In this document: positions 10,308 through 19,897 of the stretch, piece by piece | Layout of the letters: the number at the start of each line of letters is the position of its first letter | Numbering within the stretch: the stretch's first letter is position 1 | Assembly (NCBI GenBank): GCA_030867685.1 | Contig: JAQOWU010000008.1 | Location: forward strand, 3,782,001 to 3,846,000 | Source of the DNA: Wickerhamiella versatilis | Taxonomy: Eukaryota | Reading direction: 5' to 3' | Length of the DNA stretch: 64,000 bases | The notes under the pieces: model-generated | What the model saw: only the letters and a program-made list of their open reading frames with translations | Told to the model about the DNA's origin: nothing | Database searches by the model: none | Position numbers and translations under genes: made by a program

Positions 10308-11114
10308 ATGTCTGCCCCTCCTAATGCTGTGTCCCAGTCCTCTTATGACCAAAACCATGAACTTTACGACAAATTCCGTCCGGGATACCCGAAAGAAGCA
10401 GTAATTGCTTCAATTCAGGTATCACAGGTGCAACCAACCAGTACTGTCATCGATATGGCAGCGGGTACAGGAAAGTTCACAGAAGAGCTTTTAAAGTATC
10501 TTCCAGGCAAGGTGAAATTAATTGGAGTAGAGCCTTCTAAAGGTATGGTGGAATCATTCCATAAGAACTTCCCTGCGATTGAGATCTGCCAGGCTTCCTC
10601 CACCAATGTACCTATACCGGATGGATCTGCAGATGTTATATTCGTCGCTCAAGCTTTTCACTGGTTTGCATCTGTCGAATCTCTGGCTGAGTTTCATCGC
10701 TTGCTCAAACCGGGGGGAATACTATGCCTTATTTGGAATTACGAGGATTTCGATGCACTTTCTGAAGATTCCTGGCAATATCGAACGGTAAAATGTTGCC
10801 ACGCGTTGGATAAGGGCGTCCCGCAATATAATCATATGAAATGGCCAAGTGTATTCGAGAACCAATCCTATTTTTCGAAGCCTAGTGAACTCAAATTTCC
10901 TTACGACAAGCTTGTACCATCAAAAGAATTTTACTGGAATTATTGGAAGTCACGTAGTTATATAACTGCCCTCAGTCCAGAGGATATTGAGAAATTGCGT
11001 CATAAATTCTTCAAAATTCTGGATGAGAGTATTAAGCCTGGCGATTTAGGTCCTCACGGCGAGTTGACAGCTAAGAGAGGTACGCACATTGTATATGCAC
11101 AACGGAAAGACTAA
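10308..11114 (+). CDS. Class I SAM-dependent methyltransferase (Methyltransf_11-like)
   Basis: YDKFRPGYP, VIDMAAGTGKFT, VAQAFHWF, LKPGG, SRSYI. Confidence 0.85.
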   Translation: MSAPPNAVSQSSYDQNHELYDKFRPGYPKEAVIASIQVSQVQPTSTVIDMAAGTGKFTEELLKYLPGKVKLIGVEPSKGMVESFHKNFPAIEICQASSTNVPIPDGSADVIFVAQAFHWFASVESLAEFHRLLKPGGILCLIWNYEDFDALSEDSWQYRTVKCCHALDKGVPQYNHMKWPSVFENQSYFSKPSELKFPYDKLVPSKEFYWNYWKSRSYITALSPEDIEKLRHKFFKILDESIKPGDLGPHGELTAKRGTHIVYAQRKD

Positions 11115-11303
11115 AAAAATATCCTATTCTTGATTAGAAACAAAATTCTCGGTTAGCCAAATCGAACGCATTTTTATGTGTTTTTATATGGCATGAGAAG
11201 CTTTTCGACACTCTTGTTGTGTTGGTCACACATCTCGCGCCTTAAGGAATGAGAGTAGCGTTACCCTAACCACTTTGTTCACACACTCTGGCTATTAAGG
11301 TAA

Positions 11304-12815
11304 ATGGGTGTATTCAAGTGGCCTGTGGCTCGTACTTGGCTTCGCCGCGCTTATAGCCAGTTAACGGCTGATGCATATAAAGTTCAGCGTGGACACTATG
11401 CAAAGCTGGAGAAGAGTGATGTGGATTTTTTCAAAAGCGTTGTTGGTAGTGGTCTTGTAACAGGCCAGGAGGATCTTGCGGCATACAACGAGGATTGGAT
11501 GAAAAAGTACACCGGTAAGTCTCAGGTAATGTTAAAACCAACTTCAACTCAGCAAGTTTCAGAAATCCTTAAGCATTGTAACGACCGTAAGCTTGCGGTG
11601 GTTCCCCAGGGCGGTAATACCGGTCTAGTCGGCGGATCTGTACCTGTTTTTGACGAGATTATTCTGAACCTACAATCTATGAACAAAATCAGGGCCTTTG
11701 ATTCGTTGAGTGGAGTAATCACTGTCGATGGTGGTGTCGTGCTCGAGGCAGCGGACGAGTACTTGCGCGAGAGAGGTTATCTGTTTCCTCTTGATTTAGG
11801 TGCAAAGGGTTCTTGTATGATTGGGGGTAACGTCTCGACAAATGCTGGGGGTCTCCGTCTCCTTCGCTATGGCAGTCTACACGGTAATGTTCTCGGTGTG
11901 GAAGCCGTTCTCCCAGATGGTAGGATATTTGATGGACTCTCTACCCTTCGCAAGGACAACACGGGCTATGACCTTAAACAATTGTTCATTGGTGCAGAGG
12001 GTACATTGGGTATTGTTACTGGCGTTTCTGTATTGTGTCCACCAAAGCCTAGTAGCGTAAACGTTGCTTGGCTAGGTCTTGACAGTTTTGAGAAGGTACC
12101 CGAGCTATTCCGTAAATCCAGAGCGCATTTGGGTGAAATACTAAGTGCCTTTGAGTGCATGGATGCTGCTTCACTTAATCTCACGACCTCCCTGCGTGAT
12201 GACCTCAACAATCCCTTTGACGAGAATTACCCATTTACTGTCCTCGTAGAGATAAGTGGCTCTAACCAGGAGCATGATGATGCTAAAATACAGGAGTTTC
12301 TTGAGGATATCATGAGCGACGAAACTGTTGTGGACGGGGTCTTGGCATCAGACAGCACCCAAATTGGTCAGTTGTGGGCTCTTAGAGAAGGAATTTCGGA
12401 GGCATCAGGCGCACAAGGAGGTGTCTATAAATATGATGTTTCGTTGCCTCTTGCTAGTATGTGGACACTTGTTGGCGCGGTTCGTGAAAATCTGAAATCT
12501 AAGGGCCTTCTAGGTGATTCAAGTGAATTGCCAGCCATAGATGTTATTGGATATGGCCATATTGGAGATTGTAATCTCCACCTCAATATTCCCGTGCGAC
12601 GCTATGACCAAACCGTTGAGGAGGCGCTTGAGCCTTTTGTCTTTGAGTTTGTGGCAAAGCACCAGGGTTCTATCTCTGCTGAACATGGAGTAGGCTTTCA
12701 AAAATCAAAAGATGTGCAATATTCGCGCAGCCCTTTGCAGCTGGAGCTCATGCATGAACTCCGTAATCTTTTCGACCCTAATAGGATCATGAACCCCTAC
12801 AAGTTTGTTCAGTAA
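11304..12815 (+). CDS. DLD2: Mitochondrial D-2-hydroxyglutarate/D-lactate dehydrogenase (FAD-linked)
   Basis: VVPQGGNTGLVGGSVP, PLDLGAKGSC, RKDNTGYDLKQLFIGAEGT, GSISAEHGVG, IMNPYK; N-terminal presequence. Confidence 0.92.
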   Translation: MGVFKWPVARTWLRRAYSQLTADAYKVQRGHYAKLEKSDVDFFKSVVGSGLVTGQEDLAAYNEDWMKKYTGKSQVMLKPTSTQQVSEILKHCNDRKLAVVPQGGNTGLVGGSVPVFDEIILNLQSMNKIRAFDSLSGVITVDGGVVLEAADEYLRERGYLFPLDLGAKGSCMIGGNVSTNAGGLRLLRYGSLHGNVLGVEAVLPDGRIFDGLSTLRKDNTGYDLKQLFIGAEGTLGIVTGVSVLCPPKPSSVNVAWLGLDSFEKVPELFRKSRAHLGEILSAFECMDAASLNLTTSLRDDLNNPFDENYPFTVLVEISGSNQEHDDAKIQEFLEDIMSDETVVDGVLASDSTQIGQLWALREGISEASGAQGGVYKYDVSLPLASMWTLVGAVRENLKSKGLLGDSSELPAIDVIGYGHIGDCNLHLNIPVRRYDQTVEEALEPFVFEFVAKHQGSISAEHGVGFQKSKDVQYSRSPLQLELMHELRNLFDPNRIMNPYKFVQ

Positions 12816-12830
12816 CTATTTAGGTCTCCA

Positions 12831-13223
12831 TTATGAACTCTGTTTATTTCTTTGGTCGTATAGTTTTAGGTCATATAATATGTCTTTAGCGCATTGATCA
12901 ATAACCTTGAATCTATCTGGACCCAGCTTTTTGCCTCCATACCAACGACTCACTACGACCATCGTATTCACAGTGTCCATCTGCTTCATTATTTGTAAAA
13001 TTCTTCTCGCCGCAGGTGGTTCACCGTTGTCATTTGCTTCCTCGAGAGTGGAGGCACCAACCGCGACCCTGCAGGCGGATATATTATGTGTTGCAGCACG
13101 CAATTCATCACTTACTTTTAATGTCTTCAATGCAGATCTTGCCTCATGCAGGCTGAAAATTTTCACCGCCCTGGCTACAAACTTCGATTTATTGTGTGTT
13201 ATAGGATTTCCTACAATCCACAT
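12831..13223 (-). CDS. IMPACT/UPF0029 domain-only protein (no RWD domain)
   Basis: KSKFVARA, ATHNISACR, DNGEPPA, VVVSRWYGGKKLGPDRF. Confidence 0.85.
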   Translation of the reverse strand: MWIVGNPITHNKSKFVARAVKIFSLHEARSALKTLKVSDELRAATHNISACRVAVGASTLEEANDNGEPPAARRILQIMKQMDTVNTMVVVSRWYGGKKLGPDRFKVIDQCAKDILYDLKLYDQRNKQSS

Positions 13224-13364
13224 ATTATGACAAAAACATTCTTTGTGGCTATTGCTCTTTGGCCTATACCGATGAGCGAGAAAATGATCCCTACACGGGT
13301 AATTACCACGCGATAATATATATATATAGCATTAATATTATAATAAATGACATGGCTAGAGTTT

Positions 13365-15560
13365 TCAAAAATCAGCCATGGGAAAATCAGGAGGAATTAT
13401 ATCTTTCCAGAAGTCATCGCTGGGTTGCCATGGCTGAGTATCATCCCCCTGGGTAAAGTATGGGTTGTTAGGGATCTGATCTACATTTGTGAAAGTAAAT
13501 GGATCCATCTCAAAAAATGATGGCGGTATTGCCGAGCCTGGCGCCTGTGAAATACCATTTGTGTATCCATTCTCAGGTTGACGAATCTCAGGGGTGGCAT
13601 TATCGGATAAGTTTAATTGTTCTCCTCTACCATTAAGGTGCGCTGGAGGTTCATTCGCTTGTCTGAATTCATTACGAGCAATGGGCTTCATGCCTAGTTC
13701 ATAGAGCAAGAAGTACATTGTGGCATCATGATGACAGACTAAGAGCTTTAACGCAAATGCATACGATGCAGCAGTATTGTTACAGGGGAACCGATCTATA
13801 ACTCCATTTAGTTTTTCGATCACATTCGTGACGGTCTGTAGCGTACCTTCCCGGATAACCTCAGCCTGTGAAAAATAGGGGTTCAAAAGTTCAAGCGCCC
13901 TACATTTGAGAACGATAGAGCATGTGAAAACAATGATGGAATACAAAGGGCTTATCATGACAGATATTTCATGTAAGTCGAATTCATTGATAAAAATGTG
14001 AAGCGCTTCTGCCGCACATCCATACACCTCGCAAAAGTACCGGCTCGCTTCAGGACTCAGATTCGATGCATAGAGGTGCAGGCTGAAATTTGTGAAAGGC
14101 GATCTCCCTACTTGCTCTGAATATGGGGCATATAGAACCCCCTGTAAAAGACTCACTCTCAACAAAAGACCTATGATTCTCGCAGCAGCAGACATGGAAG
14201 ACTTCGATGACTTACAAAGGTAGTTAATTCTTGCCTCCATCTCAGTGATCTTCGCAATAACCGAACCATTATCCATATCCGGAATTACTCCCTCATTGCC
14301 CTCTCTATAAATACTGTTATAAATCGACTGAAATATTTGAGTCGCCTCTGCCAGAAACCAGATAGGTACATATCCCGCAGATGAAGATACTACGGATTTT
14401 TCGGCTTGTAATGATATTTGCACACTCTCCGCTGTATAATTGTTCCACACGTCGTTCATCGGTCGTCTATAGGCAGACATAGGTTGAAGGCATAATCCAT
14501 AGACCGAAAGCCATGTCTGTCTGCATCGTAACTTCTCTGGATCTGCTACAACTTGGGCCGTCACAATCTGGTCAAATATTGGGGCATGCGTGGAACCAAC
14601 GGCTTGTCCACCTCCAATCCCGAGATCAAACCCCAGTGACATTGCAATTGATGATAATGAGTTGATATGCTGGCGATGAAAGAACTCTGGTTCATTGTAC
14701 CAAAACAGAACTAGTGCAATGCCTTGCAATAACTCAAGCTTTTTGCCATTTGCTATGAATATTTCTTTTATGAGTGATTCATAGACCACGGTCCGTAGAA
14801 TGAGTGACTTCTGTGTCGCTGCTCTATCTTCTATGAGGCGCGAAACGACATCTATGGCGCAGTGGAAAAGTATTGGGCTGTCTTCCATAATCTTTTCTAT
14901 GGGCTCATTTGGGACTATGATAGCAGGGAACCTTGGCTCGAAGACTTCCCGATACAGCTTTAGTCGGGCTACGGCATCGTCCATCGTGAGTATTCCTTGG
15001 GAGATGGCATTGTTTTCGTACCGTGATACGGACTTGTACGACGATGCTTCCAGGCTGTCCCTCCTAGCTGTGTCTCGTTCGATCAAAAGATTCCATGCTT
15101 GCATCATCTGATTACGCGCGGTGAGCACATTTATCGAGGAACATCTTCGGCGATGTATGTAGTTGCCCCCTGGTTGTGAACCTGTCAATGGCTGAACTCT
15201 CTCATCTCCGGCTCCGTCTTCTCCTAGGAAGGGCTTTGTGTCTATAGGTATGTCGCTGACATCAATGCTGTCGAATGATGGTCTCACGCCGGAATAGTCA
15301 TTGGGTGAAACTGGTGGTGAATCAATCGTCATAGCTGGTGTTGAGCTACTCATAGGCGATCCTTGTGAAAGCGCGCTGGAGGGATAGAGAACACCGCGTC
15401 TCCTCTTTATTGGCACTAGCACGCACTCTTTGTGGGTTTTTATGCACCTTTTACAAGGCGATGCAAAATCAGATGGATCGCTCCGTACACATTTCACCTT
15501 CAGTCGTCGGCAGTTCGCGCACGCTTTAGTTGTCTTGTGACGATCACTGTAGCCTTGCAT
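13365..15560 (-). CDS. Zn(II)2Cys6 transcription factor, War1-like
   Basis: CANCRRLKVKC...PCKRCIKTHKEC, followed by a fungal middle-homology region and an acidic C-terminal activation tail. Confidence 0.85.
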   Translation of the reverse strand: MQGYSDRHKTTKACANCRRLKVKCVRSDPSDFASPCKRCIKTHKECVLVPIKRRRGVLYPSSALSQGSPMSSSTPAMTIDSPPVSPNDYSGVRPSFDSIDVSDIPIDTKPFLGEDGAGDERVQPLTGSQPGGNYIHRRRCSSINVLTARNQMMQAWNLLIERDTARRDSLEASSYKSVSRYENNAISQGILTMDDAVARLKLYREVFEPRFPAIIVPNEPIEKIMEDSPILFHCAIDVVSRLIEDRAATQKSLILRTVVYESLIKEIFIANGKKLELLQGIALVLFWYNEPEFFHRQHINSLSSIAMSLGFDLGIGGGQAVGSTHAPIFDQIVTAQVVADPEKLRCRQTWLSVYGLCLQPMSAYRRPMNDVWNNYTAESVQISLQAEKSVVSSSAGYVPIWFLAEATQIFQSIYNSIYREGNEGVIPDMDNGSVIAKITEMEARINYLCKSSKSSMSAAARIIGLLLRVSLLQGVLYAPYSEQVGRSPFTNFSLHLYASNLSPEASRYFCEVYGCAAEALHIFINEFDLHEISVMISPLYSIIVFTCSIVLKCRALELLNPYFSQAEVIREGTLQTVTNVIEKLNGVIDRFPCNNTAASYAFALKLLVCHHDATMYFLLYELGMKPIARNEFRQANEPPAHLNGRGEQLNLSDNATPEIRQPENGYTNGISQAPGSAIPPSFFEMDPFTFTNVDQIPNNPYFTQGDDTQPWQPSDDFWKDIIPPDFPMADF

Positions 15561-16631
15561 CGAGATACTTTTAGATGCTACTCACTTTGGTGTCCGCTTT
15601 GATGGATGTTGTTTGTTTGTATAAAAAAAAACAACCGGACTCAACTTCCTCCTCTGTCAATGGTCACCTGATTACTAACGGTTGGATCAATATTCCCATT
15701 TCTCGTCGTGATCTTCTAGACTACAGCCTTATAATGTCCGCCCACAATTACCATCTGACTAGTGGCTTGTCCATATATCTATAGTAATTGTCTATTGCTG
15801 AGCGCTAGGATGTTTAATAAATACTACGTTGATTTGTACCTGCATTCCAAGAACGGCTTGCCAAATTATACTTGCTAAATAGCACACAAAACATCCCCAC
15901 ACATTCATGTATATTTTTTATATACTATAGCTTGTGATATAACTTGCACACAGGACGAAAAATTAGAAATAGCAACCTATAATCCCCTATTTGACTAATC
16001 TCATGTCGACAACGGTAAGCTGAGTGCCGTGGGGTGTAATCCGAATTGCGGCACCCCGCTTCTCGATTACTGCTGCCAGAGGGTGACAAACAAACGGGTG
16101 AATCGGACTAAGCAACGAAAATTGCCACGGATGCAAACCCTCGCCCAATGTCCCAACTTACCAGAAAGCTGAGTTTGGGAAATTACACTCGCTTACAAGA
16201 TCAATGAGGGGGTGGTTTAACATATTGCTTTGGTCTTAGCGTGTGAGGTACACAATCTTGGTGGCAAATTTGTTGCAGCCCCCCCATTGCAGCCACAACA
16301 CGCAGGCTTACGTTGGACGCATTGCATATGAATACGATTGCTATTCCTTGCAGAGTCAAAGCCATCGCCACATTATTGGTTTTCTGCCTTGGGATCGACT
16401 GACCCCCAGAATCCAAGATGCGAACTACGATATAACATACACAAACCACAAGCAATACGACTAGCTATGGCATTATAATACACCTTTTTAGAAGAATATA
16501 AAAAAACGAGAAAGAAATAATCACACAATTCAATTTAACCATTTAAACAAAAATATCCAGACACATCCAAGATCATATTGAGAACCGTGTCAAAATGATA
16601 CTCTTAAATATTATGAACTAGTATTAAATAC

Positions 16632-17039
16632 CTAAGCGATTTCCTGGCTAGCCTTTGACTTGCCAGACTTCTTTGACGAAGACTTAGACGGGAGGTGGTC
16701 AGGGATGACACCACCCTGGGCAATAATAACGTGTCCAAGAAGTTGGTTGAGCTCCTCATCCTTGCGGACGGCGAGCTGAAGATGGCGAGGAATGATACGG
16801 GTCTTGCGGTGGTCACGAGCAGCGTTACCAGCCAATTCAAGAATCTCTGCAGTCAAGTACTCAAGGACAGCAGCAAGATAAATGGGAGCACCAGAACCAA
16901 TACGCTGGGCGTAGTTGCCCTGACGCAAGAAACGGTGAACACGACCGACTGGGAAAACGATACCAGCACGGGCAGAACGGGTTTGGGCCGCCTTAAGGTC
17001 GACCTCAGCAGCTTTGCCTCCAGATTTACCACCAGACAT
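16632..17039 (-). CDS. HTA1: Histone H2A (divergent C-terminus)
   Basis: [48 protein letters not shown]; divergently paired with H2B. Confidence 0.97.
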   Translation of the reverse strand: MSGGKSGGKAAEVDLKAAQTRSARAGIVFPVGRVHRFLRQGNYAQRIGSGAPIYLAAVLEYLTAEILELAGNAARDHRKTRIIPRHLQLAVRKDEELNQLLGHVIIAQGGVIPDHLPSKSSSKKSGKSKASQEIA

Positions 17040-17378
17040 ATTTGAACTTTTTTTTCCACTTGAGTTCCTACAGGGACTTTGTGTGAGGAAAGAAATCTGA
17101 GGCGTCGGGAGCGCCTAACCTTATATACCCAGCTGGGACGACGTGCGATCAATACCCCGTGGTTAGGGGGATGATCGAGCGTCTGCGCACCCCCTGGACC
17201 GGGTGCGTAATCCTTGTCATGATGGGTCCACCACCCTAGCCCTTGATGCGCTGATGCATTGAGAGTGTGATGAGGCAGCTGGGGCGTCGGGTATATAAAC
17301 TGAGGTCTCGCCCATACCAGTGCTTTTCCCCCACCCAACGTCTAGTCGTTGACCCAACTTCGAAAAAAAGTTAACCAA
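17040..17378. promoter_or_regulatory. Divergent H2A-H2B promoter
   Basis: About 340 bp between the two start codons, with one TATA-like box per direction (about 17121-17127 minus, about 17292-17299 plus). Confidence 0.6.
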
Positions 17379-17783
17379 ATGGCACCCAAGCCCGCTGAGA
17401 AGAAGCCCGCTACCAAGGCCCCTGCCGGAAAGGCCCCCGCCACTGAGAAGAAGGAGGCCGGCAAGAAGACCACTTCTGCCGCTGACAAAAAGCGTCGCCA
17501 GAAGCGCCGGAAGGAAACTTACTCCTCTTACATCTACCGTGTGTTGAAGGAGTCCCACCCTGACACTGGTATCTCCACCCGTGCGATGTCTATCATGAAC
17601 TCGTTCGTTGAGGATCTGTTCGAGCGCATTGCCAGTGAAGCCTCTAAGCTTGCCGCTTACAACAAGAAGTCAACTATTTCGGCACGTGAAATCCAGAGTG
17701 CGGTGCAGCTCGTTCTGCCAGGCGAACTTGCCAAGCACTCTATCTTGGACGGCAACCGTGCCATCTCTAAGTACTCCTCTTAA
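17379..17783 (+). CDS. HTB1: Histone H2B (divergent)
   Basis: [11 protein letters not shown]...[14 protein letters not shown]...HPDTGIS...LPGELAKH...KYSS. ATG at 17379 (track start is TTG). Confidence 0.97.
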   Translation: MAPKPAEKKPATKAPAGKAPATEKKEAGKKTTSAADKKRRQKRRKETYSSYIYRVLKESHPDTGISTRAMSIMNSFVEDLFERIASEASKLAAYNKKSTISAREIQSAVQLVLPGELAKHSILDGNRAISKYSS

Positions 17784-18535
17784 GTTTCTTATTTATGTAC
17801 TAATGTTGTTGGTGGACCATAGTATTTTGTATAATCTAGTTGAAGCTCGTTTTCTTCTGTATTTTTCGCGTTCGCGATTCTTCGCGATCCTAATGCTGAT
17901 GCATCGTTATCGTGTCGTTATGTAAGTTCTGGTGTAAGTATTTTGTTGTCTAAAGCTGATGATCATGCGGTTCAATTGACGCTATTATATCGATAATCTC
18001 CTGCTGTAGTTGAATTTGGTCTATCCTTATGTTTTATATTTCTTTTTATGATTGTATTTAAATTCCGTCCTGTAATCCTTCCTTTATGTGGTCTAATTTG
18101 GCAGTATAGTGATAACATTTTCATCTAGACTTGTAGTACATACTTAACAGACATGAGGCAAGACACGATGCACTCGGTAATAACTAGACTATACCAATAA
18201 GAATTATAAGGAGGTTACCAGTATATGCTTAATTGGACAATAGAAGTAAGAGCCAGAATACAAAAGACAAACTGGCAAAAATATAACAAACAAACAAAAA
18301 GCGACAGGCATGAGGCTATCTTAGATCATTGCTCTCATCAGGATTCATCAATTTACACACTATACGCTGCAAAAGGTAGATACGCATGGCACGTTTAATC
18401 GGCACGAGTGAGATGATGCATACACTCGAAAAGCCCGCTCAGATACAACTCAAAAACAAGAATTGCAAAAACATGCGGTTAAAAATCCTTTTATATTCGA
18501 AGAAACCTGTCAGTAACGGTTGACATCGGCGTATA

Positions 18536-19813
18536 ATGGCCTACCGGCCTCTCCAGGTCTCTGCTTACAGCAGCGCATATATCCTCACCCCAGAGAGGCG
18601 GCAACCTTGGAACATGTCAGACGATGTCCTGGATTTGCTAGATTCACTTGGGCCTGAATCACCTAAAACAGGCGCAAAAAAGCAGAACAACCGGAAAGGC
18701 ACAAAGCACAAGAAGGACGAGGAAATACTGGGGATGCTAGACGAACTAGCCGGCGACAAGAGCAAAGATAGTTCCAAGCAAAGCAAAGAAAAGCCTGCGA
18801 AAAAGTCTGCAGAAACCGCAAAGCCAACAGAGCCAGCGAAGCCAGCGAAGCCAGAACCATCTACCAAAGAGGACCAGGGGCAGGAGAAAGCACAGCCAGA
18901 CGCGCAACGTGAAGACGCACAGGACAAACCAACAGAGCAGAACAAGGACGAGGAAGCGCACGATACACCAGAAGTAGACCCGGTGAGCACCATAACGTCA
19001 TGGTGGAGTCGCAATAAGGGAGGTATCTGGGATTCGGCGTCGCGAGCTGCAACAAAGGCTACCAATGCTGTGCGCCAGGCGGAGGCCAAAGTAATCGCTG
19101 ATCAACAGCGTTTCTCACTCAACTCGATACAGACAGGACTTACATCTGTATTGAATACTATAGTCCCCCCCATTTCACGCCATGAACAGCTACAGATTCA
19201 TGTCACGCATGACTTAGTAGGGTACCCCAATATCGACAGAGCAGTTCACGATGTATTTGAGCAGGTCATGGATCAAGTAGAGGGCGGAGGTGAGCTCCAT
19301 CTTGTCACGAGAAAGGGCCATGACCGGCGCCAGGTGGGATCGGATGATGTTGCCCAGAGGCATCTAAACTGCGCACGATGCTCAGTCGAAAGTGGTGCAA
19401 AACTAGCAATGGCAAGTATCACGGAAGCTGAAAAGCTAACAGGTGCACAAACGGAGCAGAGTGAAACTGAGAATCCGGACATACGCATATCTCAGATATA
19501 TATTGCTATCCAGCCGATACTGACTCCAAGCACGGAAGAGGACAATGAAAAGGCAGGAGAATTCCTCTTCATCGTAACACTTAAGGATTTCAAACATGAC
19601 ATCGAGATTGTTACTGCCTCACAAGCTTTTCCCGCTGACTGGGCTACATGGCTAGATACGGAGAATGAGCAATTCGCAAGTAGTCTATTTGACCCACGAG
19701 AGTGGATCATTACCTGGGTCGAGCAAGGCGCTCAATTAGCGCTAGGCGTGGTTGCCCAACGATACGTAGCTGATAGGATGGGCCTTTCAGACCTTCTTCG
19801 TAATAACAAATGA
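18536..19813 (+). CDS. MTC1: Maintenance of telomere capping protein 1 family
   Basis: DVLDLLDSL, WWSRNKGGIW, PPISRHEQLQIHVTHDLVGYPNID, DPREW...LGVVAQRYVADRMG. Likely start is ATG 18614. Confidence 0.8.
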   Translation: MAYRPLQVSAYSSAYILTPERRQPWNMSDDVLDLLDSLGPESPKTGAKKQNNRKGTKHKKDEEILGMLDELAGDKSKDSSKQSKEKPAKKSAETAKPTEPAKPAKPEPSTKEDQGQEKAQPDAQREDAQDKPTEQNKDEEAHDTPEVDPVSTITSWWSRNKGGIWDSASRAATKATNAVRQAEAKVIADQQRFSLNSIQTGLTSVLNTIVPPISRHEQLQIHVTHDLVGYPNIDRAVHDVFEQVMDQVEGGGELHLVTRKGHDRRQVGSDDVAQRHLNCARCSVESGAKLAMASITEAEKLTGAQTEQSETENPDIRISQIYIAIQPILTPSTEEDNEKAGEFLFIVTLKDFKHDIEIVTASQAFPADWATWLDTENEQFASSLFDPREWIITWVEQGAQLALGVVAQRYVADRMGLSDLLRNNK

Positions 19814-19897
19814 GGGATTGATCTACATAGGCGTTTAAATTATATACAAACAAAAAATATATACATATATATTTCAAAATATCACGCACTAATCACA

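Noticed and set aside
16064-16076. CGATTACTGCTGC resembles the 3' end of yeast RNase P RNA
   Set aside because: No upstream GGGAAATTCGGTG-type P4 partner; the only GGGAAATT lies downstream. Treated as a chance match.
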